This document shows positions 38,363 through 51,843 of a stretch of 64,000 nt of DNA, piece after piece. Numbering within the stretch: position 1 is the stretch's first letter; every line of letters starts with the position of its first letter. The DNA is taken from assembly GCA_030295235.1 (NCBI GenBank), contig AP026142.1:310001-374000 (forward strand), in the 5' to 3' direction. The stretch is from Fistulifera solaris. Lineage: Eukaryota. The notes under the pieces are model-generated. The model saw only the letters and a program-made list of their open reading frames with translations. It had not been told where the DNA came from and ran no database searches. Both the position numbers and the translations under genes were made by a program.

Positions 38363-39167
38363 TTTTGAAAAATAGATTGAACCGCGACAGACCAAACAGC
38401 GACCTTCGCGTTCTTATCCTTCAAAAGAACGAGAATGGTTGTGATATTTTGCTATTGTTGCTTTATCTGTTTTGCAATTCTCTTACGATTACGATGTGCA
38501 TATTCATCGTGGAGGCACTGTTCGAGAGCGCTGTCGTCAACGCTCTTGAAACAGAAATCCATAACCTTCTTTGCAGGAAACGGAAAAAGAACACGCGAGT
38601 AACGAGTACCGTATTACGAGGACATAAGGCAATACAAATTATTAACTATTGCCATCTTGTTATTCTTGTACTGTTTAGACATACTTATATATTGCCAATC
38701 TTGGTCTCGTGTCCAATACAATTTTAAATCTTATACTCCGTGCTGTCCGTGGTTTGTGATGTAAACTGAACCAGTACTTGTACTGGCAGGAGTTTTCAAC
38801 TTCAATAGGCCAACGACAACTACTTGTGTCGCAGCGAATTTGAAGAGAGTTCATTATTTCAACGAAAGCATTGACAAAGAAACGAAGAAAAAATCTCTCT
38901 TAACCTTTCCGACAAAGCCCTGGGAGACACGGGAACGCACCTCTGCTTGGTACATTTTTCTACGGGGGCCTACGATAATGTACACTTTTTCCCGCACCTT
39001 CCTGGATTCTTCATTCAATCAAAACAAAAATACCGCAAACTTGCTTTCATTCAATATTCAATTCAAACAGCAACTCCTTTCACACCGCCTTGTTCCTTCA
39101 ATAAACTTCAACTGAGAAAAAAGTCGTTTGCTCGTCCAGTCTTGGAAGACCTAAGAAGTGTTCGAAA

Positions 39168-40767
39168 ATGGGAGTGACGGGTGGTTTGCTCAAGATTTTA
39201 CCCAATGCGGCGGCCTTTCGCAAAGTGGATTTACGATCGTTTAAAAATGGAATTCAACATTCCACAACCACCAAAGAACCCACACCTTTACGCATAGGTG
39301 TGGATATTTGTGTATGGATGGTATCCGCAGATAGAGCATTTGGCAGTCAGCTAGGCGACGAACGTCATTTTTCTAATCACGGTCGAGCCGAACTCTTGAA
39401 TGCTGGCGAGACGGAGGAAAGCGAAAGAGAGCGACTAGAGAGAGATCTTAATTATGTCAACTGCTGCACAGAATACATTATAAGAAGGTTGAATGCCTTG
39501 CGAGAAGAAACCAATGTCGAAATATTGGTAGTTTTCGACGGAGCGACACCACCAGGAAAGCAAACCGAAGTAACCGATCGTCGCAATCGACAAGCCGTGT
39601 ACGAGCAACAACGAGACGAACCCGTAGATACTACTGGATCGCGAGAAGCGGAGGAGCGAAGAATTAAGGCTCTGCGTAAAGCTGGAGCTAGCCGTCATTA
39701 CGCGGGTGTTTATACGGCCGTTATGGAAGCTCTTCGGAAAGAAAGAATACCATTTCTCGTTGCGCCATACGAAAGCGATGGCCAACTTGCATTCTTGTCC
39801 ATGAAGAAGTACATCGATCTGATCGTCACAGAAGATTCAGATCTGATTTGCTACGGAGCGAGCCCGATTTTGTTTAAACTGAAAGACTCGCCTATGCTCG
39901 AAGGGATCTTTGAGGGTATTCTTGTTTGCAAGGAAGATTTGGCTGCTAATCAAGGGAGTGTAAACTTGCTGGATTTCTCGCCTGGCATGCTTACTGTGTT
40001 GTTTGTCGCTGTGGGTTCGGATTACAGTCCTAAGCTGGATGGTATCGGGTGAGTTTCCCGATAGCTTTTTGTGTCGTCACTAAAAGTTCCTTTCTGATGC
40101 TTTCAATACTCTTAGCATCGTAACAGCTTGTAAGATTGTGAGAAAAGCATTTTTATCCGGTCACGAGGATCGGTTGGCGATGGTGTTTGAAGGCCTTTTT
40201 GCTGCCGCACGAAAACTCTCTTTGACGGAAGAGGACAAGAAAGTTTACAAAAAGAAATTCATGGAAGCACTTCTGGCGTACCGCCATCCCGTGATTTTCG
40301 ATCCCGTGGAGAAACGCTGCCGTCTTCATGGGATAACGCATGATGGCGAAGTGAGCGAAACGGAAGCCGAACTGCTCACTCACGTGCCCTATGCTGAGCT
40401 CGTCAATGATGTAAAGCGACGGGAGCGAATCACTGGATGTATTCAGCCGCCATCGCTTTCCATCTTGATTGCTGAGGGGTATGTATGTCCGAGGACGCGG
40501 AGGACACGAAAGAATATGACGATTCCAAGAAATGTGAAGGCTGACCTCATCCAACTAGGTATTTGGAAAGATTTCAATAATCCGAACGGCGCAGAAACAG
40601 AAAATGAACGACACGATTCTAGCAACTCGAGCAATCAAGTGAGTGGAATTAAGAGAAAAAGCTTGCGTGATCCCAGATTAAAGCCTTGTGATGAGGATTC
40701 ATCAACAGATTCTGGAGATTTCCTCTATTCTCAACCATTCTCGACCCGACCACCAACTAATGGATGA
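39168..40767 (+). CDS. EXO1: Exonuclease 1-like XPG/Rad2 family nuclease; intron 40049..40115
   Basis: MGVTG.LL, GVD..W, VVFDG, VAPYESDGQLA, TEDSDL, GSDY...GIGIVTA (H3TH), V.DP motif. Confidence 0.85.
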
Positions 40768-40821
40768 ATTCTGGGCGTGTAAACATCATAAATCAATCCG
40801 ATACAGCATTTTAATCTTAAT

Positions 40822-41310
40822 TTAGACAAGATCACTGAAAGGCAGAGGCTGAATCGTTGTAATTTCGCTGGTGCCACCCGGTTGCTCCACAAAGTATCCA
40901 GCCTTGGGAAGCTTGGGAGTGCGCTTCAAATCAACCTTGACACCGGTTTTGCGCGCTTCTTCCTTTGCGGCCTCGTTCTCCTTCTTACGTCGCAGAATCT
41001 CCATTTGGCACTTGGACTTTCTTACGTGCTCGATGCGCACATGAATGCGCTTCTCAAGAATTCGTCCGTTCACGAGCTTGTTGACACGGACACCAACAGC
41101 GGACTTGGTGACATTGAAAACAATACCAGTACGTCCATGGTAACCTTTGTGGGGCATACCTTTGTGAACGGAAGGATCAGCGAAGATATCTACGTAGTCT
41201 CCCACCTTCACCGACATCAAATACTGCGAAAGATGGATAGGGCCATGTTGACGAAACTTCTTCGAGAACATGTGGCGCGTGCGCGCTCGAACACCAAATG
41301 AATGCGGCAT
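40822..41310 (-). CDS. RPL21: 60S ribosomal protein L21 (eL21)
   Basis: [35 protein letters not shown]. Confidence 0.98.
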   Translation of the reverse strand: MPHSFGVRARTRHMFSKKFRQHGPIHLSQYLMSVKVGDYVDIFADPSVHKGMPHKGYHGRTGIVFNVTKSAVGVRVNKLVNGRILEKRIHVRIEHVRKSKCQMEILRRKKENEAAKEEARKTGVKVDLKRTPKLPKAGYFVEQPGGTSEITTIQPLPFSDLV

Positions 41311-41655
41311 GTTGGATTTTCTTTAGTTTATTTGTATCAACAAGACACAATGCGACCAGGCAAGAAAGCGAGGATCACACGAGGTGTTGTTGATTCTTCA
41401 CTGCAGTCCGATCGGTCGAGCGTGGACCAAACGGCGGTTCGATGAAAAGTAAAGCGGTACGCGGTAAATTTCACGGATGACATAGAATTCGTGACTGCAT
41501 TTTCGGCTCGCATGCCGAGTGAGCGAGAGTGACGGTCGATGACAAGACGGACTCAGTAAAATTTCACCATCCAAAAATTGCGATCACTTTTCTCATCGGC
41601 TTTGCATTTCTGTGAAAGACTTCTTCATATTATATTCTACAACTGAAATTACAAG

Positions 41656-42919
41656 ATGGAACCAGATCCACAGAAGGTAAAAGACATGCTTGAAGCATGC
41701 TCTTCGGGGGAAGTTACATGTTGTAGACACGCTACTGAAAGAAAACCCCGTCTATGCCTCGCAACAGGACTTGGAAACGGGTGCATCTCCTCTCATGGCG
41801 GCAGCTACTGCGGGTAACTTGGCCCTCTGCCAGCACTTGTTAGAGTCTGGTGCACCTTGGAATGCCGTTGATCGTCAAGGACAATGCGCTGGAAATTACG
41901 CAACTACAGCCGAACACTGGGCAATTGTCAATCTTCTTGTCGAATGGGGCACTCGGGCCGAGCTAATTCTAGGTGCCATCGAGCGAACTTCACGAGATAG
42001 AAACGCAATTTCACCTTCGCCTGCTCCCCATACACCCGTGGAACATGAACCTAGTACGAAACCGGACTATTTACGTCAGCGTCTGCAATATACAGAAGAT
42101 GGACAAGCCTTACTCGATGACGACAACGATGCTGTCATGATGGAATGGGAACGGCCGTTGATGAAAGCACATGCTCAGGTCTTGATGGACGGACCCGGAA
42201 AACGAGTTATGAACATTGGATTTGGTATGGGAATCATTGATTCAGCATTGCAGGATTTGCAGCCAGAGTTGCACATTATTGTTGAGGCACATCCCGACGT
42301 GTACAAACGTATGCTCGCGTCGGGATGGGACAAGAAACCCAACGTGCGCATTTGTTTTGGAAAATGGCAAGATTGCTTGCCGAAGCTGATAGCAGAAGGT
42401 GTCCAGATGGATGGCGTCTTTTACGATACAGTAAGTGGCATTTTGAACTTCATTTTGAACAACACGAATATCAACTGACGACACACTTTTTGGTGGTAAA
42501 AAGTACGGCGAACATTTTTGGACCTAGAAGATTTTCATGGACAAATGGTTCAAATATTAAGTAAACCGCATGGTCGATATAGTTTTTTCAATGGCTTGGC
42601 CCCCGATAATCTCTTTTTCCACGGCGTTGCTTGTCAGTGCGTAAAACTGCAATTAAGTCAACTCGGTCTTGACTGCGAGTTTTATCCCTGTGAAATCCAA
42701 GTAAAAGATGAATTATGGGAGGGAATTCGGCGCAAATATTGGCACGGTCGAGACACTTACTATTTGCCAATGGCAACGTGGAATCAGCAATTCTTGTCGT
42801 CTGGTAGACCCGAAATTTTACACATTTTAGAGGAGGTCCGAAAGACGAGCAGAGAGGCTATTCGAGACGACGATATGGAAGTCGAGGACGACGACGGAAA
42901 GCGACAAAAGCGTATTTAA
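41656..42919 (+). CDS. RMT2: Protein arginine N-methyltransferase 2 (ankyrin + GAMT-like domain); intron 42431..42502
   Basis: GAPWNAVD ankyrin, AVMMEWERPLM, NIGFGMGIID, IVEAHPDV, FYDT|YGEH, YSFFNGL; homopolymer frameshifts near 41708 and 42517. Confidence 0.9.
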
Positions 42920-42935
42920 TATTTATAATGATTCG

Positions 42936-44599
42936 CTACCTTTGCAGAGACCGCAAGGAAGTTTTGATGGATCGCAGATCGTAAAGGATCCAGATTTGGA
43001 CGGATAGAATTCCAACCAGGCATATTGTCATGACATGATTCGAGTCGGCCACTGGAACTCGTTCACATGCTGGCTTGGTGACGGCAATTTGAGCGGCAAC
43101 GGGCGCCGCTTCTCCCCCCAAAGACTGTGTTATGTAAGCCACATAATCGGTCAAATATGAGGTCACTTCCGACGTAGTCGTCTTACTGATGATTCCCTTG
43201 AACATGGTTGACTTTATGAAAGTTATGTCGAATTCCATATTCAGCTTTATCTTTTCGTCGCCATCTGGTTTCACCATCAGTCTGTCTGTAACGTAAAAAC
43301 AATCGGCCATGGGTACATCTCGTACTATTGTTTTTGTCTCTATCATCATGCCATAATTTCCGTACCGCATGCATTTCTGTTCTTTACTAGCATCAGCTTG
43401 TGGCGGGGCAAGTGGGATATTCATGGGGTGGGTGTAATTGATCATTCGTGTCGACTCAATGTCGCTGACTTTCTTCCAAAGAGAGGCAGTCAGGGACATA
43501 TCTCCTCGACCCTCCAAATACCGTGATATAGAGTAATTCGCTTCGTCTTCAACAAAGAGGGTAAAAAGCGATCCAGACTACAATTCAATGAATGGTTGTC
43601 CACGATCACAGTTTTCATTTGTCCCTCCTTCTTGGCTCTTTCCCATTGTTCTTTCATCGTTTCCACCTTCAAGGAGTCATCTGATTCGATGTAATCGACA
43701 TCGATCATAGCCTTGGATTCTCGTAGAGGATCCGAATTCATTCTTCGGTGGGTACGATGACGCGGACTGTCGGCCTTTCGAAGTTTTTCGTTGTGTAGAG
43801 CCACCAGCGATGTCCATACCGCCCGAACATTGGCAATGGCAGAGAATTTCGTCATTTGGTTGTCCTTGCCGTGGACATGGATGGTATCCCAGTCCTCCAT
43901 GGTGGCGGTTTCGAGACGATCCAGAATCTTGATGCGAACGATATCTTCCCAACGAATTGCCAACGATCTCGTTTCCCAAAAGAAGCGCTTCCCGGAAAAC
44001 AGCAAACCATTTTCACCAGCATACAAATGTCCCGGTATTTGTTCCATCTGACACGGAACGGGGTCAATTTGCGTCCATCCTACAATCTTTTCAATTTCCG
44101 CAGAACTTTTGATTTTGAGCGCCGTTGTAGCTTTCACCGGATGGGCGTCGGATGGAAGACTTTCCTGGATCAATGTTTGTACGTGTTGGGGAGAACTCCA
44201 AGGATCTGAATTTCTTCGTTTGTAGGTACTACCGCGTCTTCGTTTGAGATCGAGCAACGCATCGTTGTGCAGCGACAGTAACAGTGCCCAAAACCGATCC
44301 GGAGATTGTGTTCCGTAAAACGAATGCGAGGCTTCATTTTTGCAAACCACTTCAATGCCTTGATCCGCTTTTTGCACGAGTCGAATTTGTTCCCATTCCA
44401 GTATGAGTTTTCGTTCAAAGAGAAAGAACGATCCGAGAAAATAAATTCCTTTCGATCCAGCGTATAATGTTCCGTTGGATTTTTCCCAAGAACAATTGTA
44501 TTCACCAAAGATCTCTCCGACAATGGATTTCATATCATAATACGCCAAGAATGTACTCGGATAACTCGTGTCTGTTTCGACTTGCAGAGGAGGAGCCAT
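42936..44599 (-). CDS. Tandem GRAM + VASt (StART-like) + C-terminal TM protein (LAM/GRAMD1/VAD1-like)
   Basis: Two GRAM-like repeats (G.LYAG..G..F.G..F..E....WE.I), VASt motifs (YTHPM, DVPMADCFYVTDR, FIKSTMFKGII); frameshift ~43560. Confidence 0.85.
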
Positions 44600-45122
44600 G
44601 GTTGATTTAGTAGTATTATTTGAAAACCAAGAGCAGAAGAGGGCATATAGCAGCAAGAGCATCGAGAGAATGATAAATAAATAATCCTCTTTTTACGGCA
44701 GGAACTTCTCGCCGCCGCGTTTATTTTCTCATTTCGAACGAACGATGCGCCCCCATAAAAATGCGAGATGCGAAGGGTATTGTGCGGAGCACCATAGTCA
44801 CGCACAAATTCTTTCCACACTATCCACTCTAGTGTGTCTTATAAACCGTTATCCGACTAGGGCAGAGGACGTTACGTAAAAGGGAGATTTGATTTTGTAC
44901 TTGTTTTGTACTTAACGAAATTAAAATTACTTACGGAGGATAGGCGAAAGACATACTACGTACAAACGACAAAACGCTAAATAATAATACAAAAACAAAA
45001 ATGATCGAACTGGATGCAAAAATAGCATCATCCTTGATAAACTGAGAAACAATCATTTCAACCATTCTATTTCCTCCAAAATCTCAGGGGTAACCTAGTC
45101 GGAGCTAGAAGTCGACAACGGC

Positions 45123-45878
45123 ATGCAGAAATATGCCGTACACCATACATACATCGTTAAAACGAACGTTCTCCGTGTTGTGCTACTAGCACTACAATTC
45201 CTTGTCGCCGCCCGCTCCTTTCTCGTTCCCCAAAAGCGCCTGCGATTTGCTTGTCATAGCACTACAACAGAATCTCTCGAACGAACGTACGGAGGCATCG
45301 TCTATCGCACATCTGTTTTCAATAAAGAAGAATACGCCATCATCGCCAAAGATGTCGCCCAGATCGGAACATTCGTTGCCGAATCACCCACATCAATGGC
45401 AAAACTGCGACGCGGGGCAATATTAGCTTCAAACAGTCGCACCGTACAGTTGTTTCGACACGGCAGTCTCCAACACTTCGTGCAGCAAATGACCTCGTCA
45501 GATTACGAACTCTCGGAACAGGTACCCGTGGAAATTCGGACGTACGAACAACCCGGGGCATGCATGGCGTGGCATTCCGATGACTTATTGTACCAAAAAT
45601 CCACCGCAGGTCGAAATTGTATGGACGTTGGAGAATACGTCGGATTGTAAGACGATGTGGAAAACAAAGACGGGGCAAGTCAAATCCGTGGAAACGGAAA
45701 AGAATTCGGCGATATTGTTACGAGCCGGTGGCCCCGAGCATTGTGTCACGAATCTAAAACGGGGGAAACGAATTATTATCAAGTGTGTCTATGCCTCAAA
45801 AAGGCCACGTTTGTGTCGCAAACTGAAGATGCTGCCCAATTTCAAGCCGTAAAAACAAGGAAAAAGAAAAAACGATGA
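45123..45878 (+). CDS. 2OG-Fe(II) dioxygenase-like protein, probably plastid-targeted
   Basis: MAWHSDD (HxD), distal 'EHCVT...G.R.IIK'; signal-peptide-like segment ending 'ARS|F'; frameshift ~45598. Confidence 0.7.
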
Positions 45879-45926
45879 GTGAGACTGTACAAAATGCTAG
45901 TATTTATATTATTTTAGACAATATCT

Positions 45927-47114
45927 TCAGTAGATGATTCCAATGTCAGCTGCATCCAAAACGGGTTCCATGGGATCCAGCAAGCTTTCTTTCGCCACCT
46001 GCCTCAATTCTCGCACCAGAGTCAGTTTCCAATCTGGCACGATTGTCTGGTCGCCTTGATAGGGTAAAAGCAGCGTTTGAATGAGCCTTTTGGCATGTTG
46101 TCGACGCTGTACTTTGTATTGCAAGACTCGCAAGGGCGTTTGTTGTTGCAATGACTGGCGCAACTGCGTGGGAGAAAAGGTGTTCGAGTATCGACTTTCT
46201 AAAGCATGTGCAATGGCGGCTCCCGCCCACGCGTCTCGCGCCGCGTAATGCAACTGCCGATCGGTCAAAGGGATGCAACTCCAATTGCTGGTGGCTAGCG
46301 CTCGTGTCTTGGGCAAGTCAATCCCCAGTGCGTGTCGGGCGAGCGTCTTGAGCCCTAGCGTGCTTCCCCCCTCCGAACACGACGGAAAGATCCAAACGAC
46401 TCCGAGCATCCATCTTGTGCCACTGGGAACTAAGCTGCACTAAATCCTGATCGATGCCACAACCCACTTTTATAATCGACTCATCTCGCAGCACAGCAGC
46501 GAGCAGTGGTCCGCAGGCTGTACTCACTTTCCCGTTTTTTCGTGCCAATTGGATCACGATACTCGAGTGCAGGGTGGAAAGTTGTACCGTGGCCGGTCCC
46601 CGAAACGCTGTTTGCCTCAATATGTGCGGAATCATCGGCACGGACTGTCGAACCAATTCAAAAGCGAGTGAGAAATGTAAATTAATGAATTGTTTTTCAC
46701 GAAGAGTAGGAATGAGGGGCTCAGTCGCCTGATTGGTAAGACTAGTTAGGCATATACGTTTCTTTTCATTAGGGTAATACCCCAAATGCAATGTAGCTGG
46801 TAAGACATCATCACCCACGGTCTCTTTCCGTGTATATATATACTATCATTTGGCTGGCCAATACGAGCACCTACCTCCACATCGAGTCCTAATATGCAAC
46901 CCTTGGAAGAAATATGATTCCCCAGCCACTGGGAAACGATCTTCGGGTCATTGGTGTACGTCAGGGGAAGACTTTGCGTGTATCGATTGGATGGGCCGGG
47001 AGTGATCGGCTGCAGCCGTGGCAACTCGAGCTCTTGGGTAAAATACCGTCCATGAACCGGATATGCCGTACTAACTGAGCACAACAGCACGGCAATGAAG
47101 GAAGCCAACAACAT
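45927..47114 (-). CDS. WRN-like DEDDy 3'-5' exonuclease with signal-peptide-like N-terminus; intron 46645..46874
   Basis: ILGLDVE (ExoI), VQLST, KVGCGIDQD (ExoII), GLKTLA...SNW...L...Q..YAARDAW (ExoIII); frameshift ~46375. Confidence 0.88.
46717..46817 (-). ncRNA. Candidate orphan intronic box C/D snoRNA
   Basis: Perfect box C GTGATGA (46814-46808) and box D CTGA (46724-46721), short G/C flanks, ~76 nt upstream of the 3' splice site of an unusually long intron. No rRNA target recognised. Confidence 0.45.
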
Positions 47115-47511
47115 GACTGCGTAAAAACCTTAGTCGCTCGAGACACTCAGCCACTTTTCAAAAAAAAAGATTTCAATGTACATTTATGTAATCAAACTGC
47201 GCTAGTTGCTAACAAATGTTCTATACGCCAAGCTCGTCATTAAAGGGTTTCGGATCGAATCCTCCATAAAGTGATGCCCATCATGTTCCGATCTTTCGAT
47301 TCATTCGATGATTCCGATGGAAACGAATGGTCTTTTTGACGGCATTCCGATTTCCGATTCTGTGGCTTCACATTGGCACTTTTCCAGCTTGCCAACAGCT
47401 GCCACCAAACTTCAACCGATCAATTACCGTTGCGACTTCAAAGATTTTTTGAATATCCGAGAAAAATGAACTTCCCCATTCCAGCCCGGTTTCTTCCGTT
47501 TGAATACATGA

Positions 47512-47724
47512 TGACGTAAGCATTTTTGTCACGTCATTCATGACCATGAAGCGTTTTTCACCCTTAGCATACTAAATAGAGTAGTCGAAACAGAGCACAT
47601 GACGTGTTCAGAATTACTCTTTCTGTATCATTCAACGTGGCATCGCGAGCCAGATTCGTTTTTGACGTCTCGATCTCTGGAAAACACTTTTGGACAGACA
47701 ACCGAATTGTTGGAAAACACTTTT
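47512..47724. promoter_or_regulatory. Cluster of four TGACGT (bZIP/aureochrome-type) motifs plus a 14-bp direct repeat
   Basis: TGACGT/ACGTCA at 47512, 47531, 47600, 47663; TGGAAAACACTTTT at 47678 and 47711. Confidence 0.45.
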
Positions 47725-47764
47725 AGGAGAGGTTCAACTATAGCAACCTGACAAATTAGAGACA

Positions 47765-50700
47765 ATGAACGGTACAATCAATGATAACTGTTCAACAATT
47801 GAAATTGACGAAGATCCTTTGGTTGAATATGGGGCACTTTCGGTGGGGGTTATGACATTGGGTCTCATTCTGCTCGTCGAAGTGTTACGACATAAAATTG
47901 ATCATGAGGCCCACGGAAGACCTTTCTTTCAAGCGGTTCTCTCAGGAGTCTATTCGGAGCGTAAGTAAAAAATCGTCTTGTTGTGATCTAGCCAACTCTT
48001 GAACTTACTCGGCAACAACAGTCGCGACACTGGGCATTGTCGAATTCATGCTCTACGTTTTGAATAGTTATTATCATGACCTGGATCAAAAGAAATACAA
48101 AGTATTTGCCGACGTTCACTTTGCTTTATTTTATACGGCCATTTTAAACGCCTTTCAATCCGTGATACTGGCCGTTGTCAGTAATCGAGTCGCTCATCGT
48201 ATCTGGGTCAAAACCGAAATGCTCGAAGTCAATCACTATGTGGAGATTCGAGAAGAATTCGAAAAAGTCAAAAAAGATATATGGTTTACGGCGAGCTCCT
48301 CGACAGCAGCTTCGACCGACGGAGACAACACCCGAACAGAAACAACCAAATCGCCATCGGCCTGGTACAGTTATCCGCTACTTCGAAGATACCGGTACAA
48401 TCAACTTTTACTACAAATCCGCTTTCACGAACTTCGGATGCATTTCATTGATGCCTACAAACTCCCCATTCGATTAAAGCTGTCCGACTATTTGTTAAAG
48501 AGCCAGGAGCGCGTCCTTCTCAAGCTTGTGCATGTTTCCTCCATGGCGTGGCTTTTGCTGACGGGCGCTGTGAACCTTCTCTACTATTTGACAGGAATCA
48601 TCAGCTACGAAGCCAAGGAATCTCTGATTGGTATCACTCTCAACATTGTTTTCTTACTCTGCATGACAACGTTTGCCGGAGTGGCAACTTTGGTCTATTG
48701 GAAAATGAAAGCCGTCTTTCGAGCCATCATGGGCGAAGAAAAGTTGTGGGATGTTCATAACGCCGATCAAGAAGAACGTGACCGCTTGGCGGTCAAGCAA
48801 CTCGAGCTGTTTTGGGGCAGTGACCCGAAGTACGTCATCGCGTTGCTTCAGTTTATGCAGTTTGGTTATGCCGTCATGGTCTCAGTGACGATTATATTCT
48901 GGGATGAAGTCAGCACGAGTGATTATTCTGTCATGCTGTACCTTGCTCTGATCGGCTTTTGCTATGCCATTTTCGTCATGGTGGCCGCTCAAGTCGTTCC
49001 TCAATACACCATGTGCACGAGTCTTGCGCAGCTGATAAACGAGGAAACGCTGGATGAGGTTCTCTGCACTTACCGTCTCGATGAAGCAAAACAAAGTAGC
49101 GAAGATTCTCCGGATTTGTGGGAGGATGACGACGATAGCGTCTCACTCCTCGAGGAAACTGATCACATAACAGAGTCGAGGGGTGGCTCGTTCATGAAAC
49201 GCGTGTCATCGGTTCTGTCCGCTACTGACTCACATTCATCTCCTGGCCAGTTTTCCGGTGCACACAGTACCGACAAGGCTCATTTAATGGCTCAACTTGT
49301 TAAGTTAGACACGGACTCGCTTCGAACAATCCTACCCATGAATCTCGCTGTAGAGGGTACGAACGCCGAAAAGCGAATGGAGCGAGCAAATCGTGTTGCT
49401 CGTAGGAAAACAAGGTGAGTGTGATGTCTTCTCTGAGGCTTTCTTCTATGTATATATTGCAATCCTAATACCTTTCTGATTTTTATCATCAGGTCTGAAG
49501 GTGTAGCGGCAATGGCAGCCGGGTCATCGCTCCTTCGATCGTCCAACCATAAAGGTTCGATGGACGATTCTCAAATGATGCTCCGCGGTACTGACCTTCA
49601 TCCCGTTGCTGAAACAGAAGCAAGCGTTACAAAGACATCATATCGACGCAGCGAACGACGGAAAGCGAAGTCGGATGGGGTAACTGGTATGATTCCAGAC
49701 ATTGCGGAAAGTGAACCATTCAAGCCAGTTCTGATTCACACAAAGCGAAAAGGAGTCCGAATCAAGTTAGAAAAGACGACTACTCAATTGGAGGGCGTAG
49801 CGATGCGGATGATGTCCCCGAAATCGATATTGTTCTGAATGACACTCTTTCATTTCAAAGTCATTCCCATTTTTCACTTCTGATGTGGCTTCGGAAATAC
49901 TTCCTGAGCAAAAAGTATGTCCTTGTAAGCAATGTCTTTGGAACGATGATAGCCTTCTTCTTTGTCGGGAAGCGCGTTGAGAGATTTCTCCACACGGATG
50001 GCATACTCGAAGGAGACAAATACGTTTCATTTGATTTCAAGGAATCACATTCCTTCTGGGCCCTACTACTGATGATGTCTGCCTTTCTGATTGTTGATAT
50101 TACTATTTTATCTGTTCTTGGTTTTCGTGCATTGACGCGGAAGGAGCGAAAGGTCATTATTGCGGCGGCGTTGGACATACTTCTCGTTTTAACTTGCATG
50201 ATGATGTTCATAATGGCCGAAATCGCAAGATGCTGTGATTCACTTGGTAACGATTCATCCACAGGTATAGATGATACTTCCTGTAATTGTGCTGCGTTCG
50301 GAGCGAGATTGTATGGTGGACTCGGGAATATCGAGCCATACGTCTCACTATTGGCATTGCGTGTGTTTCGACCGGTGTTAGCTTCTTATCTAGTGAAGTG
50401 CACAGAAAATGGACATCAAAAAGTTGTGGAACAGTCGGAATTCAAGACTAATCCTTTTGATGTATTTGGCGAGTCAACTGGACCCAATCGCGTCCTGTCT
50501 CATCAACCCCACGGCCACGCCATCACCCATCATGGTCAAGAAAAAGCTTCCCTCGAACCCGTTTCAAAGTTGTGGATGTCGGCTGTAAGTCGACACCCAG
50601 AAATTGTTGAGAAACACGGTCAGTTTAGCGGGGAAATTCTAAAAGTGATGCTGGGGATTTATGTTGAAAATGAGGTCACCAGGCTAGACAAAAAGATTCT

Positions 50701-51843
50701 GAGTTACCCGTAAAGAAAGCTGCTGCAGTCACGTACTCCGTCAACCGCGAGTTTTCCGGGCTTTCCTCCGCAGCACAAAGTATTATTCTGGCAGGAAAAT
50801 TGGGTCGCAGCGTGAAGCAGTTGACCACGGACGAGTACGCAGCAGATTCTCTCTCAACCAATAGGTCACATATTGATAAGATCAAATTCAAAATCTGCGA
50901 AGAAGATGTTTTGTTGGATGACGCCGTGACTTTCAAAGCCCCTAATGCACGTCTAGTCCGTTCGATGCGGAGATGCAATCGTAAGGTACTTCCCATCCTG
51001 AATCATTGGACTGCTGTTGACGTCGTTATGACAAAATATGAAATGGTTTATTTTGATGCAACAGACAAAGCTTCCGATACCGGGCTTCTTGAAGCTTTAA
51101 AAGCGACCAGAGGAGGTAAAAGCTTACGGCTGAAAGATGTTGCCATCGGCCGTCGTGTTGTTGGACATCTAGAGTTCTCAGAGATCGAGTCGGTTCTTGT
51201 TCATCGATTTTTCCCCGATCAATCCACGGATATTGATATGGATAGTGTTCGAGGGGCATCACAAGTTGAATTTTGGATCGATGCACATCTTCACCACGGT
51301 GAAATGTGGAATACGATCAAGCAAGATCAGCTTAGAATCAAAACGGTTGATGGAAGAGAATTGGTGCTACGTTTTTACTCTGACTTGGAAGACGCGCAAC
51401 ATCATCCTGAGCATTCTGGTCCCGACACGGAGGAAGTAGGCCCAATTTATAAAAACAATGCCTTTCAGTGGGTCCAAACTATTGGTCGGTACTGCGGTCC
51501 CCTTCAGCTTAAGCAAAAACTTCCTCATTTTGGAGACCAAACGGATGAAGAACTGCGAGACTATCTTTTCGTTGTAAAAGACGACCACAAACACCATCAT
51601 CATCGAGGCGATTTAAGAAGTCGGTGGTCCTCGGCCTTTCCACATACCGGACGCCAGTTATCGTTCAATGGTGACCACTCTCCCACGAGACGAGGATATG
51701 CGCGCCCAGCTTCATTTGGCGAAAGTGCAGTCGATCGTACTACATCACCCCTTCCGAGACCGGGAAGGCTTTTCCAGCGCTCAAAGTCGGAGACAGAGAA
51801 AGATACCGCTTTCACAGAAATCAACGAAAGATTAGAACTGTAG
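47765..51843 (+). CDS. MLO-like 7TM + voltage-sensor-like 4TM + PH-like protein (paralog B); introns 47961..48021, 49415..49492
   Basis: Collinear similarity to 14525..18839 over the whole length, with the same first intron position and phase; frameshifts between ~49750-49880 and near 50700. Confidence 0.75.

Noticed and set aside
40882..41301. Long antisense ORF over RPL21, and similar shadow ORFs over myosin and enolase
   Set aside because: Explained by codon bias of the sense gene; no independent motifs.
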